From an uncultured Anaerolineaceae bacterium (GTDB taxonomy: Bacteria; Chloroflexota; Anaerolineae; Anaerolineales; E44-bin32), in the NCBI GenBank assembly GCA_964475265.1, contig CAYYVY010000006.1, forward strand, positions 761 to 64,760: 64,000 nucleotides of DNA, given 5' to 3'. The notes beneath the pieces are model-generated. The model did not search any database. It saw only the letters and a list, made by a program, of their open reading frames with translations, and had not been told where the DNA came from. Within the stretch, counting starts at the first letter, position 1. Every line of letters begins with the position of its first letter. Shown piece by piece: positions 44,411 to 55,228 of the stretch. The translations under genes and the position numbers were made by a program.

Positions 44411-45727
44411 ATGTTTGAATCGCTGGCAGAACGCCTGCAAAGTACATTCCGATTACTCGCAAAGCGGGGGCGTCTGCGTCCCGAGGATGTAGACGCGGCG
44501 CTTAAAGAAATCCGCCTGGCTTTACTCGAGGCGGACGTACATTACAAAGTTGTCAAAGAGCTGCTCGAGGTCGTGCGCGAGCGTGCCCTGAGTGCAGAAG
44601 TTGCCAGGGCGCTCAATCCCGCCCAGCAGGTCATTGTGATCGTCCATGAAGTCCTGGTAACGACTCTGGGACAGCCTGTCACGCTCAATCTCACGGGAGA
44701 CAAGCCACGCACCATCATGCTGGTAGGTCTCCAGGGTTCGGGGAAAACGACCACGGCTGCGAAACTGGCCAGGTTGTTGAAAACACGCGGCGAGCGAGTT
44801 TGGTTGGCTGCCGTCGATCCATATCGACCTGCAGCCGCCGAACAGTTGGTCATCCTCGGCGAGGAAATCGACGTTCCCGTGGCTTACGAACACGATCTCT
44901 CGCCGTTGGCGATGAGCGCAGCCGGTTTCCATTCCGCTTCCAAGGCGGGAGCGAGCGTCGTCATTTTGGATACTGCAGGGCGTTCGCAAATCGACGAAAG
45001 CATGATGGGAGAGCTCAAGTCGATCCGCGATCGTCTTGCGCCGGTTGAGATCCTGCTCGTGGCCGATGCTATGACAGGTCAGGAAGCGTTGAACATCGCT
45101 CGAGGATTCCGTGAAGCACTGGACATCACGGGAATGATTCTGACGAAAATGGACGGCGATGCGCGTGGCGGTGCAGCGATTTCCATGCGAGCCATTACCG
45201 GTGTGCCGATTAAATTCATCGGCGTCGGCGAAGCGAGGGACGCACTTGAACCTTTCGATCCGGAGCGACTCGCTTCGAGAATCTTGGGAATGGGAGATAT
45301 CGGCGGCCTCGTCGAGAAAGCCCAAACGGGCATAAGCCCACAGCAGGCGAGTAAACAAGTCGAACGTCTGCGGAGCGGTGAGTTTACACTCGAGGATTTC
45401 CTGGACCAAATCACCATGATCCAGCGCATCGGACCTTTCGGAAAGGTGTTGTCGATGCTCCCGAGTGGGTTGGGCGGCGGTTCACAGATCGATCATGTTG
45501 TCGCTGAAAAACAACTGATTCGAACGAAAGCAATGATACAATCTATGACAGTGTACGAACGGCAGCATCCACAGGTTTTGAACGCCAAACGAAAACGACG
45601 TGTTGCTGCCGGGTCAGGAACGACGGTTGAAGAGCTAAATCAACTTCTGCGTCAGTATCGGCAGATGCAGAGGCTGCTGAAAAGCGCAGGCAAGGGTGCG
45701 CTAAAGGGATTATCTAATTTGATGTAA
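44411..45727 (+). CDS. ffh: signal recognition particle protein Ffh
   Basis: 438 aa with an NG domain (GLQGSGKTTT, DTAGR, TKMDGDARGG) and a Met-rich M domain. Confidence 0.95.
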   Translation: MFESLAERLQSTFRLLAKRGRLRPEDVDAALKEIRLALLEADVHYKVVKELLEVVRERALSAEVARALNPAQQVIVIVHEVLVTTLGQPVTLNLTGDKPRTIMLVGLQGSGKTTTAAKLARLLKTRGERVWLAAVDPYRPAAAEQLVILGEEIDVPVAYEHDLSPLAMSAAGFHSASKAGASVVILDTAGRSQIDESMMGELKSIRDRLAPVEILLVADAMTGQEALNIARGFREALDITGMILTKMDGDARGGAAISMRAITGVPIKFIGVGEARDALEPFDPERLASRILGMGDIGGLVEKAQTGISPQQASKQVERLRSGEFTLEDFLDQITMIQRIGPFGKVLSMLPSGLGGGSQIDHVVAEKQLIRTKAMIQSMTVYERQHPQVLNAKRKRRVAAGSGTTVEELNQLLRQYRQMQRLLKSAGKGALKGLSNLM

Positions 45728-45842
45728 AGACGCCGCTGATCGCAATTCGCTTTGAGGTGATACGTGCTAACCTTCCTGGCATACCTCTCCCCTCGGTGCG
45801 CAAATTGACGGCGATAATAAACATAGGAGAGTAGAAATCACA

Positions 45843-46535
45843 ATGGTTCGAATTCGATTACGCCGGGTAGGTTCTCGGAACCAAGCAAGTTTTCGAATCG
45901 TCGCTGCGGACAAGGAAAGCCCGCGCGATGGAAAATTCCTCGAAATTCTTGGGCATTACAACCCACGCACCGAACCTTCGACGATCCAGATCGATGAAGG
46001 CCGGCTATTTCACTGGCTTGAGAAAGGTGCGCAGCCATCTGATTCTGTAGTTGCTGCACTTCGATCCATCGGAACGTGGGAGCGTTGGGAACGCTACAAG
46101 GCCGGCGAAAAGCTGGAGAAATTGCTCAAGGAAGCCGAAGCGGCCATCCCGGAGGTCGATCCACGCACGAGACGGGACGACCTCACTGAAAAACGCGCAA
46201 CGAAGACACGAAAGAAGAAGGAAAAGGCGGCTTCCGCAGAACCTTCGAAGGATAAAAGCTCCAAGAAGGAGAAAGACGAAGCTGAGGGCGAAGCTAAAGA
46301 AGCCGAAGACGAAGCTGTAGCAGCCGAAGATGTAGCTGAGAGCGAAGCTGTAGCAGCAGAAGATGTAGCCGTAGCAGCCGAAAATGTAGCTGAAGAAGCC
46401 GAAGATGAAGCTGAGAGCGAAGCTGAAGCAGCCGAAGATGCAGCGGAAAAAACGGCAGAGGCGGAATCCGAGGAAACGATAGCCGAAGAAGATACGCAAG
46501 AATCCGACGAAACGGATGAAGCGCCGGAAGAATGA
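45843..46535 (+). CDS. rpsP: 30S ribosomal protein S16 with a ~140-aa Lys/Glu/Ala-rich C-terminal extension
   Basis: The N-terminal ~85 aa are canonical S16 (MVRIRLRRVGSRNQASFRIVAADKESPRDGKFLEILGHYNP). The remainder is low-complexity and acidic. Confidence 0.9.
   Translation: MVRIRLRRVGSRNQASFRIVAADKESPRDGKFLEILGHYNPRTEPSTIQIDEGRLFHWLEKGAQPSDSVVAALRSIGTWERWERYKAGEKLEKLLKEAEAAIPEVDPRTRRDDLTEKRATKTRKKKEKAASAEPSKDKSSKKEKDEAEGEAKEAEDEAVAAEDVAESEAVAAEDVAVAAENVAEEAEDEAESEAEAAEDAAEKTAEAESEETIAEEDTQESDETDEAPEE
46290..46445 (+). repeat. imperfect ~33-nt (11-codon) tandem repeats inside the rpsP extension
   Basis: GAAGCTGTAGCAGCCGAAGATGTAGCTGAGAGC is followed by GAAGCTGTAGCAGCAGAAGATGTAGCCGTAGCA and further degenerate copies. 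They encode (E)AVAAEDVA(ES)-type units. Confidence 0.7.
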
Positions 46536-46669
46536 TCCGTAAATGGATGGAATGCCTGATTCGTATGGTTATAGACCGGCGAATCTAGTTTCCGTTCTGT
46601 GCCTTTCTGTTGCCACAAACCCGTGCGTCGTGGGTCCTGGTTGCAGCGTGGGGAGAAAGATAACCTAGC

Positions 46670-46897
46670 ATGAAAGCCTTGATTGAATTCATTGCCAAAT
46701 CCTTGGTAGACGACCCCACACAAGTGAAGGTCATGGAATACACACAGCGTCGAAACGTGCGCATTACGCTAAGCGTTGCAGATGAGGACATGGGCCGAGT
46801 GATCGGCCGCCAAGGCCGGGTGGCAAATGCCATGCGTACCCTCCTGCGAGTCGCCGCGTCGCGAAGCGGGGATCGTGTTTCTTTAGACATCCTCTAG
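46670..46897 (+). CDS. KH-domain RNA-binding protein (YlqC/UPF0109 family)
   Basis: 75 aa with the GRVIGRQGRVANAMRTLL (GxxG KH) motif, in the conserved position between rpsP and rimM. Confidence 0.85.
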   Translation: MKALIEFIAKSLVDDPTQVKVMEYTQRRNVRITLSVADEDMGRVIGRQGRVANAMRTLLRVAASRSGDRVSLDIL

Positions 46898-46902
46898 GTT
46901 AC

Positions 46903-47448
46903 ATGGACTCTGATAATCCATCTGTAACGAATAGCGCCCGACAGCCACCGGAATTCCTGGCTGTCGGGCGTGTCGTTCGTCCTCATGGTATACGAGGCGG
47001 GCTGAAGGTAGCCGCCGATTCGGAACTTATTTACAAGCTTGAACCTTCCTCGCAGATATTTCTTGGAGTCGAAAAAGTATCGGCGATCGTGAAGACTTTG
47101 CGCCGACATCGTAAGGAATTTCTGTTGTTTATCGAGGGCTGCCGCGATCGCGAAACGGCCGATGAGTGGCGTGGGGCAATGATCTATATCCGTTTCGCAG
47201 TGTTGGAACCCCTTCCGGAAGGAGAATTCTTTCATTGGCAAATTGTAGGGCTGCAAGTTGTAACGACGACGGATGAAGAGCTCGGCAAGATCGAGGAGAT
47301 CCTGCAAACCGGAGCGAACGACGTGTACATCGTACGCGACGTATCTGGAAAGGAATTCTTGCTGCCGGCGATCGAATCGGTGGTCCGGACTGTCGATCTC
47401 GAGAATGGCAGAGTCGTCGTGCGTTTGATTCCGGGATTAATCGAGTAA
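46903..47448 (+). CDS. rimM: 16S rRNA processing protein RimM
   Basis: 181 aa with VGRVVRPHGIRGGLKV (N-terminal beta-barrel) and a PRC-barrel C-terminus. The rpsP-KH-rimM order is conserved. Confidence 0.85.
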   Translation: MDSDNPSVTNSARQPPEFLAVGRVVRPHGIRGGLKVAADSELIYKLEPSSQIFLGVEKVSAIVKTLRRHRKEFLLFIEGCRDRETADEWRGAMIYIRFAVLEPLPEGEFFHWQIVGLQVVTTTDEELGKIEEILQTGANDVYIVRDVSGKEFLLPAIESVVRTVDLENGRVVVRLIPGLIE

Positions 47449-47601
47449 CCAAACCCCAGCCTGATGTGTTAACAACTTATAGATTTTAGCGAACGGAAAG
47501 GTCATTCGTGCGTTCAAAGGACCGGACAACTCGAAGTGCTTGCTTCCTGCATACCCGTGTGGTAGACTCCGCTCGTTGTGTCAGGCACCAGGTAATGGAC
47601 G

Positions 47602-49757
<2,156 letters not shown>

Positions 49758-49809
49758 AATTATCCTGATTTGTTTGTTAAAACACTGTCGGGAGAAGGGA
49801 AGATTTTGG

Positions 49810-50298
49810 CTATTCGCCATCCAAAATTTCCGGTGCTTGCTCGGATACGTTGAGACGATCTGCCGTCAGCTTGGCGATACCGTTTCGTGTCTGGTTCACG
49901 AGGCGCAGTAGTTCCGCTTCGATTGCCCCCAACGATTCAACGATGTAATCGTCCGCCTCGCGGCGGATCAACTCCGCATCCGCTCTGGCCTGGGCCAGGA
50001 TTTGTTCCGCTCTGGCTTGTGAAGCTTCCACGATGGCATCTCGAGCGACAACCTCATCGGCGTTCTTCTTTGCCAGGCCGATGGTCCGATTGGCTTCTTC
50101 CTGAGCTTGGGCGAGTACGCGGTCGCGCTGCGCAAGCACCTGCTGCGCTTTTTTGACCTCATCCGGAATGGAAATTCGCATCTGATCGATGATTTCCAGC
50201 ATACGATCTTCGTCTACCACGACGTTGTGGGTCAGCGGAATCGGTCTGCTTTCGTTGAACAATTCCTCTAATCGATCCACTAGGTGTAGGATGTCCAT
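49810..50298 (-). CDS. hypothetical coiled-coil protein (ATP-synthase-b/DivIVA-like heptads)
   Basis: I prefer ATG 50298 (GGAGGAATGT upstream), giving MDILHLVDRLEELF... It has a long Ala/Gln/Glu/Arg-rich helix. The family is not recognised. Confidence 0.55.
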   Translation of the reverse strand: MDILHLVDRLEELFNESRPIPLTHNVVVDEDRMLEIIDQMRISIPDEVKKAQQVLAQRDRVLAQAQEEANRTIGLAKKNADEVVARDAIVEASQARAEQILAQARADAELIRREADDYIVESLGAIEAELLRLVNQTRNGIAKLTADRLNVSEQAPEILDGE

Positions 50299-50400
50299 AC
50301 ATTCCTCCGGTCCGGATTGCGGGATGAGAAGGACCGCATGCTTGATGTTGCAAGGTTTAGGCCGAAGCGTACACCGAATAAGCGTTCCGGTCAACCAGCC

Positions 50401-50928
50401 TCAATCGCGCAGGGAGGTATCCGGAACCCTGTTCGGACCATCATCTCCGAGTTCTTTGAAGCGCAGGTCGAGCGCATTTGCGACATGATCCGGAACGAGA
50501 CTGCTGATGTCGCCGCCAAAAGAAGCGATCTCCTTAACGGTACTTCCCGTGAGGAAACTGTGCTCCTCGCTCGTGATTAGCGCAACGACGTCAATCTCGG
50601 GCTCGAGGCGATGATTGGCCAAGGCCATGCGGAATTCGTGTTCGAAGTCCGAAAAAACCCGCAGGCCTCGGACGATGACTTGCGCGCCGACTTCCTTGCA
50701 GAAGTTTACCGTCAAACCGCTGAAGATGGTCGCGCTAATTCGTTTATCATCTTCGAATTCTTTTCGAACGAGTGCCAGTCGTTGTTCGGGTGTGAATAGA
50801 AGCACCTTGTTGGGTTTATCGTATACGGCAATTATCATTTCGTCGAACAAGCGGATTGCACGCCGGGCGATGTCGATGTGCCCGTAATGAATTGGATCGA
50901 ACGTGCCAGGAAAGACGGCTCGAACCAT
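50401..50928 (-). CDS. coaD: phosphopantetheine adenylyltransferase
   Basis: Starts MVRAVFPGTFDPIHYGHIDI (T/HxGH motif). I prefer ATG 50928, which shares one nucleotide with the recG stop (TAATG). Confidence 0.9.
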   Translation of the reverse strand: MVRAVFPGTFDPIHYGHIDIARRAIRLFDEMIIAVYDKPNKVLLFTPEQRLALVRKEFEDDKRISATIFSGLTVNFCKEVGAQVIVRGLRVFSDFEHEFRMALANHRLEPEIDVVALITSEEHSFLTGSTVKEIASFGGDISSLVPDHVANALDLRFKELGDDGPNRVPDTSLRD

Positions 50929-53480
50929 TAGCTCATTTCTCCCTTCTCGATTCCCCAATAACGCTGCATCTCCTCGGCGATCCGCGCATGTTCCGGCTGA
51001 GATAGCGTTGGATCGCTGGAGAAAACGTTCTGTGCCTCTCGGCGAGCTTTTTCGATTAACTTAACGTCCGTAATCTGCGCGGTGCGGAAGTCCGCGAAGC
51101 CCGATTGGCGGGTTCCCAGAAACTCACCCGGACCGCGTTGGTCGAGATCGAACTCGGCGAGCTTGAAGCCATCCGTCGTGGATTCCATGGCCGCCAGCCT
51201 CTCGTTATCTGTAGCATCATCACTGTCCGGGATGAGCAGGCAATAAGACGGCTGGTCACCTCGTCCGACGCGCCCGCGGAATTGATGCAGCTGTGCCAGA
51301 CCGAATCGATTGGCGCCTTCGACCAGCATGACAGTGGCATTGGGGATGTCGATGCCAACTTCAACCACGGAAGTAGAGACGAGAATGTCGATATTCCCTT
51401 CCCGAAACTGAGCCATGATCTCATCTTTTTCGTCCGGACGCATGCGGCCGTGCAGCAATCCGACTCGGAACTGGGGGAAGACTTCTTTGCTTAGGCTTTC
51501 GTACTCTTCCACGGCGGCTTTCGCCTCAATTTTCTCCGAATCTTCCACCAACGGATAGATGATAAACGCTTGGTGCCCCTGCTCGACCTGTTTGTTGATG
51601 AATTGATGTGCGCGGGTGCGTTCTTGCGGACGGAAGACCATTGTCTCGACTGGCAAGCGACCTTTGGGCATCTCATCGATGAGCGACAGATCGAGATCGC
51701 CGTAAACGGTCAGGGCGAGTGATCTTGGGATGGGTGTTGCGGTCATCACCAACAGATTGGGGTTGTCGCCTTTATCGCGCAGAATTGCCCGCTGCTCCAC
51801 GCCGAAGCGGTGCTGCTCGTCGATCACCGCGAGTCCCAAATTCGCGAATTTGACCGGGGTTTCCAATAGCGCGTGAGTCCCGACGATGACCAGGATGTCA
51901 CCGCTTTCCAGTTTTTTACGGATTTCATCTTTGTCGGCGTCCGAAGTAGCGCCGAGGATCATCGCGATTCGATCTTCGGGGATCCCGGCGGCAGAGGGCA
52001 AAATCTCACGCAGAGTCTGGTTGTGTTGTTCTGCGAGTATGCTGGTGGGAGCCAGGATTGCAGATTGCGCACCACATTCAGCCGCGATCCCCGCAGCGAC
52101 CGCCGCGACGACCGTCTTTCCTGATCCCACATCGCCTTGCAGCAATCGGTTCATGGGGTGGGGCGCTTCGAGATCGGATTGGATTTCTTTCAAGGCTCGC
52201 TTTTGCGATGCCGTCAACTCGTACGGCAGGGAGTTCTGGAAACGCTCGACCCATTCGTTATCCACACGCAGTACAGGGCAGCTGAGGCGTTCCCAGGCTT
52301 GCTTCTGGCGTAGAACGCCAAGCTGCAGCATGAACATCTCATCGAAGGCGATACGGTGCTGCGCCTGGTGCAGGTGATCCCAATCGTCCGGAAAGTGAAT
52401 TTGCTGCAGCGCCAGATTCAACGGGATCAGATCGGCCGATTCGCGAATCGATGCGGGGAGCGGATCGGGAACCCTTGGCGCCAAGCGCGTGACAACGGAA
52501 TGGATAACGCGACGCAGCCATTTACTGGAGACGCCTGCCGTGAGGGGGTAAATCGGTACGATGCGGTTGGTGTGCAGCTGCTTTCGCTCCAGCAGCTCCC
52601 ATTCCGGGCTGTTCATGGTGAGGTGCCCAAGGTACTGATCGATCTTGCCGGACAATACGATTGGGCGGTCAGGCTTCAGGCGGTCGGCAATCCAGGGCTG
52701 ATTGAACCAAGTCACTCGCAACGAGCCGGTACCGTCACTGATGACGGCTTCGACGAGCTTCATCTTTCCGCTGCGTACGGTTCTTGCATTCACATCTTCA
52801 ACCGTACCGATGACGGTCACTTCATCCCCGTAGAAAAGTTGATTGATGGTCTTCAGTTTCGAGTAGTCGTCGTAGCGGCGAGGTAGATGCCAGAGCAAGT
52901 CGCCCAGCGTGGATAAATCCAGTTTCTCCAACGTTTTAGCGGATTTCGGTCCTATGCCGGCGATGCTGGTCAATGGGGCGGAAAGTGCAGCCGGAGGACC
53001 TTGAGGTTTAGCCTGGCGGTCGGCTGCGTTCTTCTTTTCCGCTTCGCTTGTTTTTATATCGGCCGGTTCTTCTGAAATCTCCGCGCGCGTGTCTTCAGAA
53101 TCGAGTTCAATTACGTCTCTGGTTTCTGAAGCAGTAGATTTTTCAGCCTGTGATACTTGCTGAACGTCGACGGCCGGTTCTGCAGACTCGGTCGTCCCTG
53201 CGTGGGCCAAATCTGGAAGCGGCAGATCGGGGAACTCGGATTTTAAACGGCGTACAAGTCCTTCGAGCGCTTCCTTGCGTGAGGCGACCGATAACTGGGG
53301 ATAATCCCGGAGTCTCGCGACTACAGCTTCGATCACGTTATCCGGCACCCCTGTCGAACGCGCTTCGGCCTCCCAGGGTTCCAGCATGCGCTGCAGACCG
53401 CCGACGACGGCTCTGTTATCGAAGTTGCGATCCATTTCCAAACTTAAATACTTGGCGACTTTTTCCAATGATGAGTTCAT
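50928..53480 (-). CDS. recG: ATP-dependent DNA helicase RecG with an N-terminal extension
   Basis: Has a wedge domain plus SF2 helicase motifs (GDVGSGKT, DEQHRFG, TATPIPR, QFRGRVGRG). I prefer the start at ATG 53480, although 53564 is possible. About 195 aa precede the usual RecG N-terminus (...GIGPKSAKTLEKL). Confidence 0.88.
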   Translation of the reverse strand: MNSSLEKVAKYLSLEMDRNFDNRAVVGGLQRMLEPWEAEARSTGVPDNVIEAVVARLRDYPQLSVASRKEALEGLVRRLKSEFPDLPLPDLAHAGTTESAEPAVDVQQVSQAEKSTASETRDVIELDSEDTRAEISEEPADIKTSEAEKKNAADRQAKPQGPPAALSAPLTSIAGIGPKSAKTLEKLDLSTLGDLLWHLPRRYDDYSKLKTINQLFYGDEVTVIGTVEDVNARTVRSGKMKLVEAVISDGTGSLRVTWFNQPWIADRLKPDRPIVLSGKIDQYLGHLTMNSPEWELLERKQLHTNRIVPIYPLTAGVSSKWLRRVIHSVVTRLAPRVPDPLPASIRESADLIPLNLALQQIHFPDDWDHLHQAQHRIAFDEMFMLQLGVLRQKQAWERLSCPVLRVDNEWVERFQNSLPYELTASQKRALKEIQSDLEAPHPMNRLLQGDVGSGKTVVAAVAAGIAAECGAQSAILAPTSILAEQHNQTLREILPSAAGIPEDRIAMILGATSDADKDEIRKKLESGDILVIVGTHALLETPVKFANLGLAVIDEQHRFGVEQRAILRDKGDNPNLLVMTATPIPRSLALTVYGDLDLSLIDEMPKGRLPVETMVFRPQERTRAHQFINKQVEQGHQAFIIYPLVEDSEKIEAKAAVEEYESLSKEVFPQFRVGLLHGRMRPDEKDEIMAQFREGNIDILVSTSVVEVGIDIPNATVMLVEGANRFGLAQLHQFRGRVGRGDQPSYCLLIPDSDDATDNERLAAMESTTDGFKLAEFDLDQRGPGEFLGTRQSGFADFRTAQITDVKLIEKARREAQNVFSSDPTLSQPEHARIAEEMQRYWGIEKGEMS

Positions 53481-53520
53481 TAGATTAATAATAAAGGCGA
53501 TGCTGGAAATTTGCCAGAGA

Positions 53521-54366
53521 CTAAGTACATAGTCCGGCGATGCCCAGTGCAGCCGGGCCGACATAGACGCCCAACAGCGTCGTCGCGTCGACGATCATGG
53601 GCGGCGTTTTGGAAAAATCCGCCACCGATTCGGCCAACGCTCTGGCTTCTTCAGCGGCAGCAGTATGCAAGATTGCCAATCGTTGGAGCGAGCCCCATGA
53701 TCTTGCCAATGCTATTATTTCCTCAACAGCCTTGTGGCGCGTGCGCACGAGAGCTTTACGCACGACCTCTCCTTGTTCGACGCCGACAAGCAAACGGATG
53801 CGGAGCATCTTTCCAAGACTGGCGGTCGCCCAACTTACGCGTCCGCTTCGCAGCAGATAATCCTGCGTGTCCAACATGGCGATCAAGCGGATTCTTAACC
53901 TGGTTTTATCCATCTCTTGGAGAATGGACGGCAGCGGTACCCCTGCGGAAACCGCCAGGGCTGCTTCCATCACTTGAAAGCCCAATCCCAACGTAACTTG
54001 CTGGCTGTCGTAGATGTGGATTCGATCGCCGAATTTCTGCGCAGCTTGATTGACGACGTTGATCATCCCACTCAACTTCCCTGAAAGGTGAATCGAGAGT
54101 ACCTGATCACAGCCGGAAGCAAGTCGTTTCTCATAAACCTCTTCGTAGGCGAAGGGGGAAGGGGCGGCGGTTGTCGGCGGGGTCCGATATTGTGGCAAGC
54201 GTTGATAAAAATCGTTTCGAGCGATGTCGATGCCATCACGATAGGTTTCGCCTTCGATGGTGAGCAGCGCAGGCACAACATCGATGTCCAGGGCTTGTGC
54301 GTCCTGCTCCGGAATGTCGGAGGTGCTGTCGGTTACTACGGCAATTTTTGAGTTGGCGACTGTCAA
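53521..54366 (-). CDS. DegV-family fatty-acid-binding protein (FakB-like)
   Basis: Contains IAVVTDSTSDIP, typical of DegV. The start is probably TTG 54366 (LTVANSK...), since the ATG at 54435 would overlap the upstream degV by 64 nt. Confidence 0.8.
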   Translation of the reverse strand: MTVANSKIAVVTDSTSDIPEQDAQALDIDVVPALLTIEGETYRDGIDIARNDFYQRLPQYRTPPTTAAPSPFAYEEVYEKRLASGCDQVLSIHLSGKLSGMINVVNQAAQKFGDRIHIYDSQQVTLGLGFQVMEAALAVSAGVPLPSILQEMDKTRLRIRLIAMLDTQDYLLRSGRVSWATASLGKMLRIRLLVGVEQGEVVRKALVRTRHKAVEEIIALARSWGSLQRLAILHTAAAEEARALAESVADFSKTPPMIVDATTLLGVYVGPAALGIAGLCT

Positions 54367-54371
54367 GGCGA

Positions 54372-55226
54372 TTAATCCATGGCCTCCAGGACAACGATAC
54401 CGAGACTGTCCAATCCGAGATACGCCGTGAGGCAAGCGCCATACGAGGTCGTGGAGATGGAAACGTCCGGATAGACGGGTCTTAGCCGTTCGATAATCGA
54501 GAGGCTCTCCTGCGTTGTGTGGGAGCCTTCTTGAAGAATGGCCAGATGCTCGATGTTCGAGAATTCGAGCACGAACTCGATCAATTTTTCAACCGCACGC
54601 ACGCGGGAACGGACTTTCTCCATGGGAATCATCTTTCCTTCTTCTAGCGTGAGGAATGGGATGACCCCTAACATGTTTCCCAGGATCGCCTGGGATCGAC
54701 TGATATATCGATTTTCTTCCAGGTAGAAAAGGTCGTTCATGAAGAAAACCATGTAGAGCCGAGGGATGATGTTTCTCGTAAGGCGGATGAGGGATTCGAA
54801 ATCCGCTCCTTGCTTTGCTGCCTTAACCACCGCCTCTATCAGCAGACCCAAGCCGTAGGACACTGATTGGGAATCGATGACCTGGATTTTTGTTTTCCCC
54901 AAAAAGCGCTGGCTGGCGGCTTCCGCGTTTGCTACGGCGTTGCAGAGTCCCGCAGAGGTATGAATGGAAAGGATGTGGTCGCTCTCGGATTGTAGACGAG
55001 CGTAGATCGACGCTATCTGATCAACCGAAAACGGTTCGATCTTCGGGACACTCTGGCACTCCTCGATGACCGAGTGATAGCTGCTCATGTCTGCATCCGC
55101 TCGGTCCTCGATCGTTTGACTCCCACAGCGTATCTGCATCGGAGCGAAAGATACCGGGTATTGATGGACGATACTTTGGGCAGGAAAACGTGCAGAGTTA
55201 TCGGTTACGATGCTGATGTTGGCCAT
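54372..55226 (-). CDS. DegV-family fatty-acid-binding protein (FakB-like)
   Basis: 284 aa starting MANISIVTDNSARFP, with a DegV fold pattern. Confidence 0.85.
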   Translation of the reverse strand: MANISIVTDNSARFPAQSIVHQYPVSFAPMQIRCGSQTIEDRADADMSSYHSVIEECQSVPKIEPFSVDQIASIYARLQSESDHILSIHTSAGLCNAVANAEAASQRFLGKTKIQVIDSQSVSYGLGLLIEAVVKAAKQGADFESLIRLTRNIIPRLYMVFFMNDLFYLEENRYISRSQAILGNMLGVIPFLTLEEGKMIPMEKVRSRVRAVEKLIEFVLEFSNIEHLAILQEGSHTTQESLSIIERLRPVYPDVSISTTSYGACLTAYLGLDSLGIVVLEAMD

Positions 55227-55228
55227 GT

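Noticed and set aside
44522-45409. 295-aa minus-strand ORF inside ffh (and a similar one at 61098-62018 inside clpX)
   Set aside because: Both are antisense to highly conserved genes (the Ffh GTPase motifs and the ClpX Walker/pore-loop motifs lie on the other strand). They are shadow ORFs.
46290-46445. Tandem repeats considered as a possible CRISPR or VNTR-like non-coding array
   Set aside because: The repeats are in frame within rpsP. They have no unique spacers and encode a low-complexity acidic tail, so this is not a CRISPR array.
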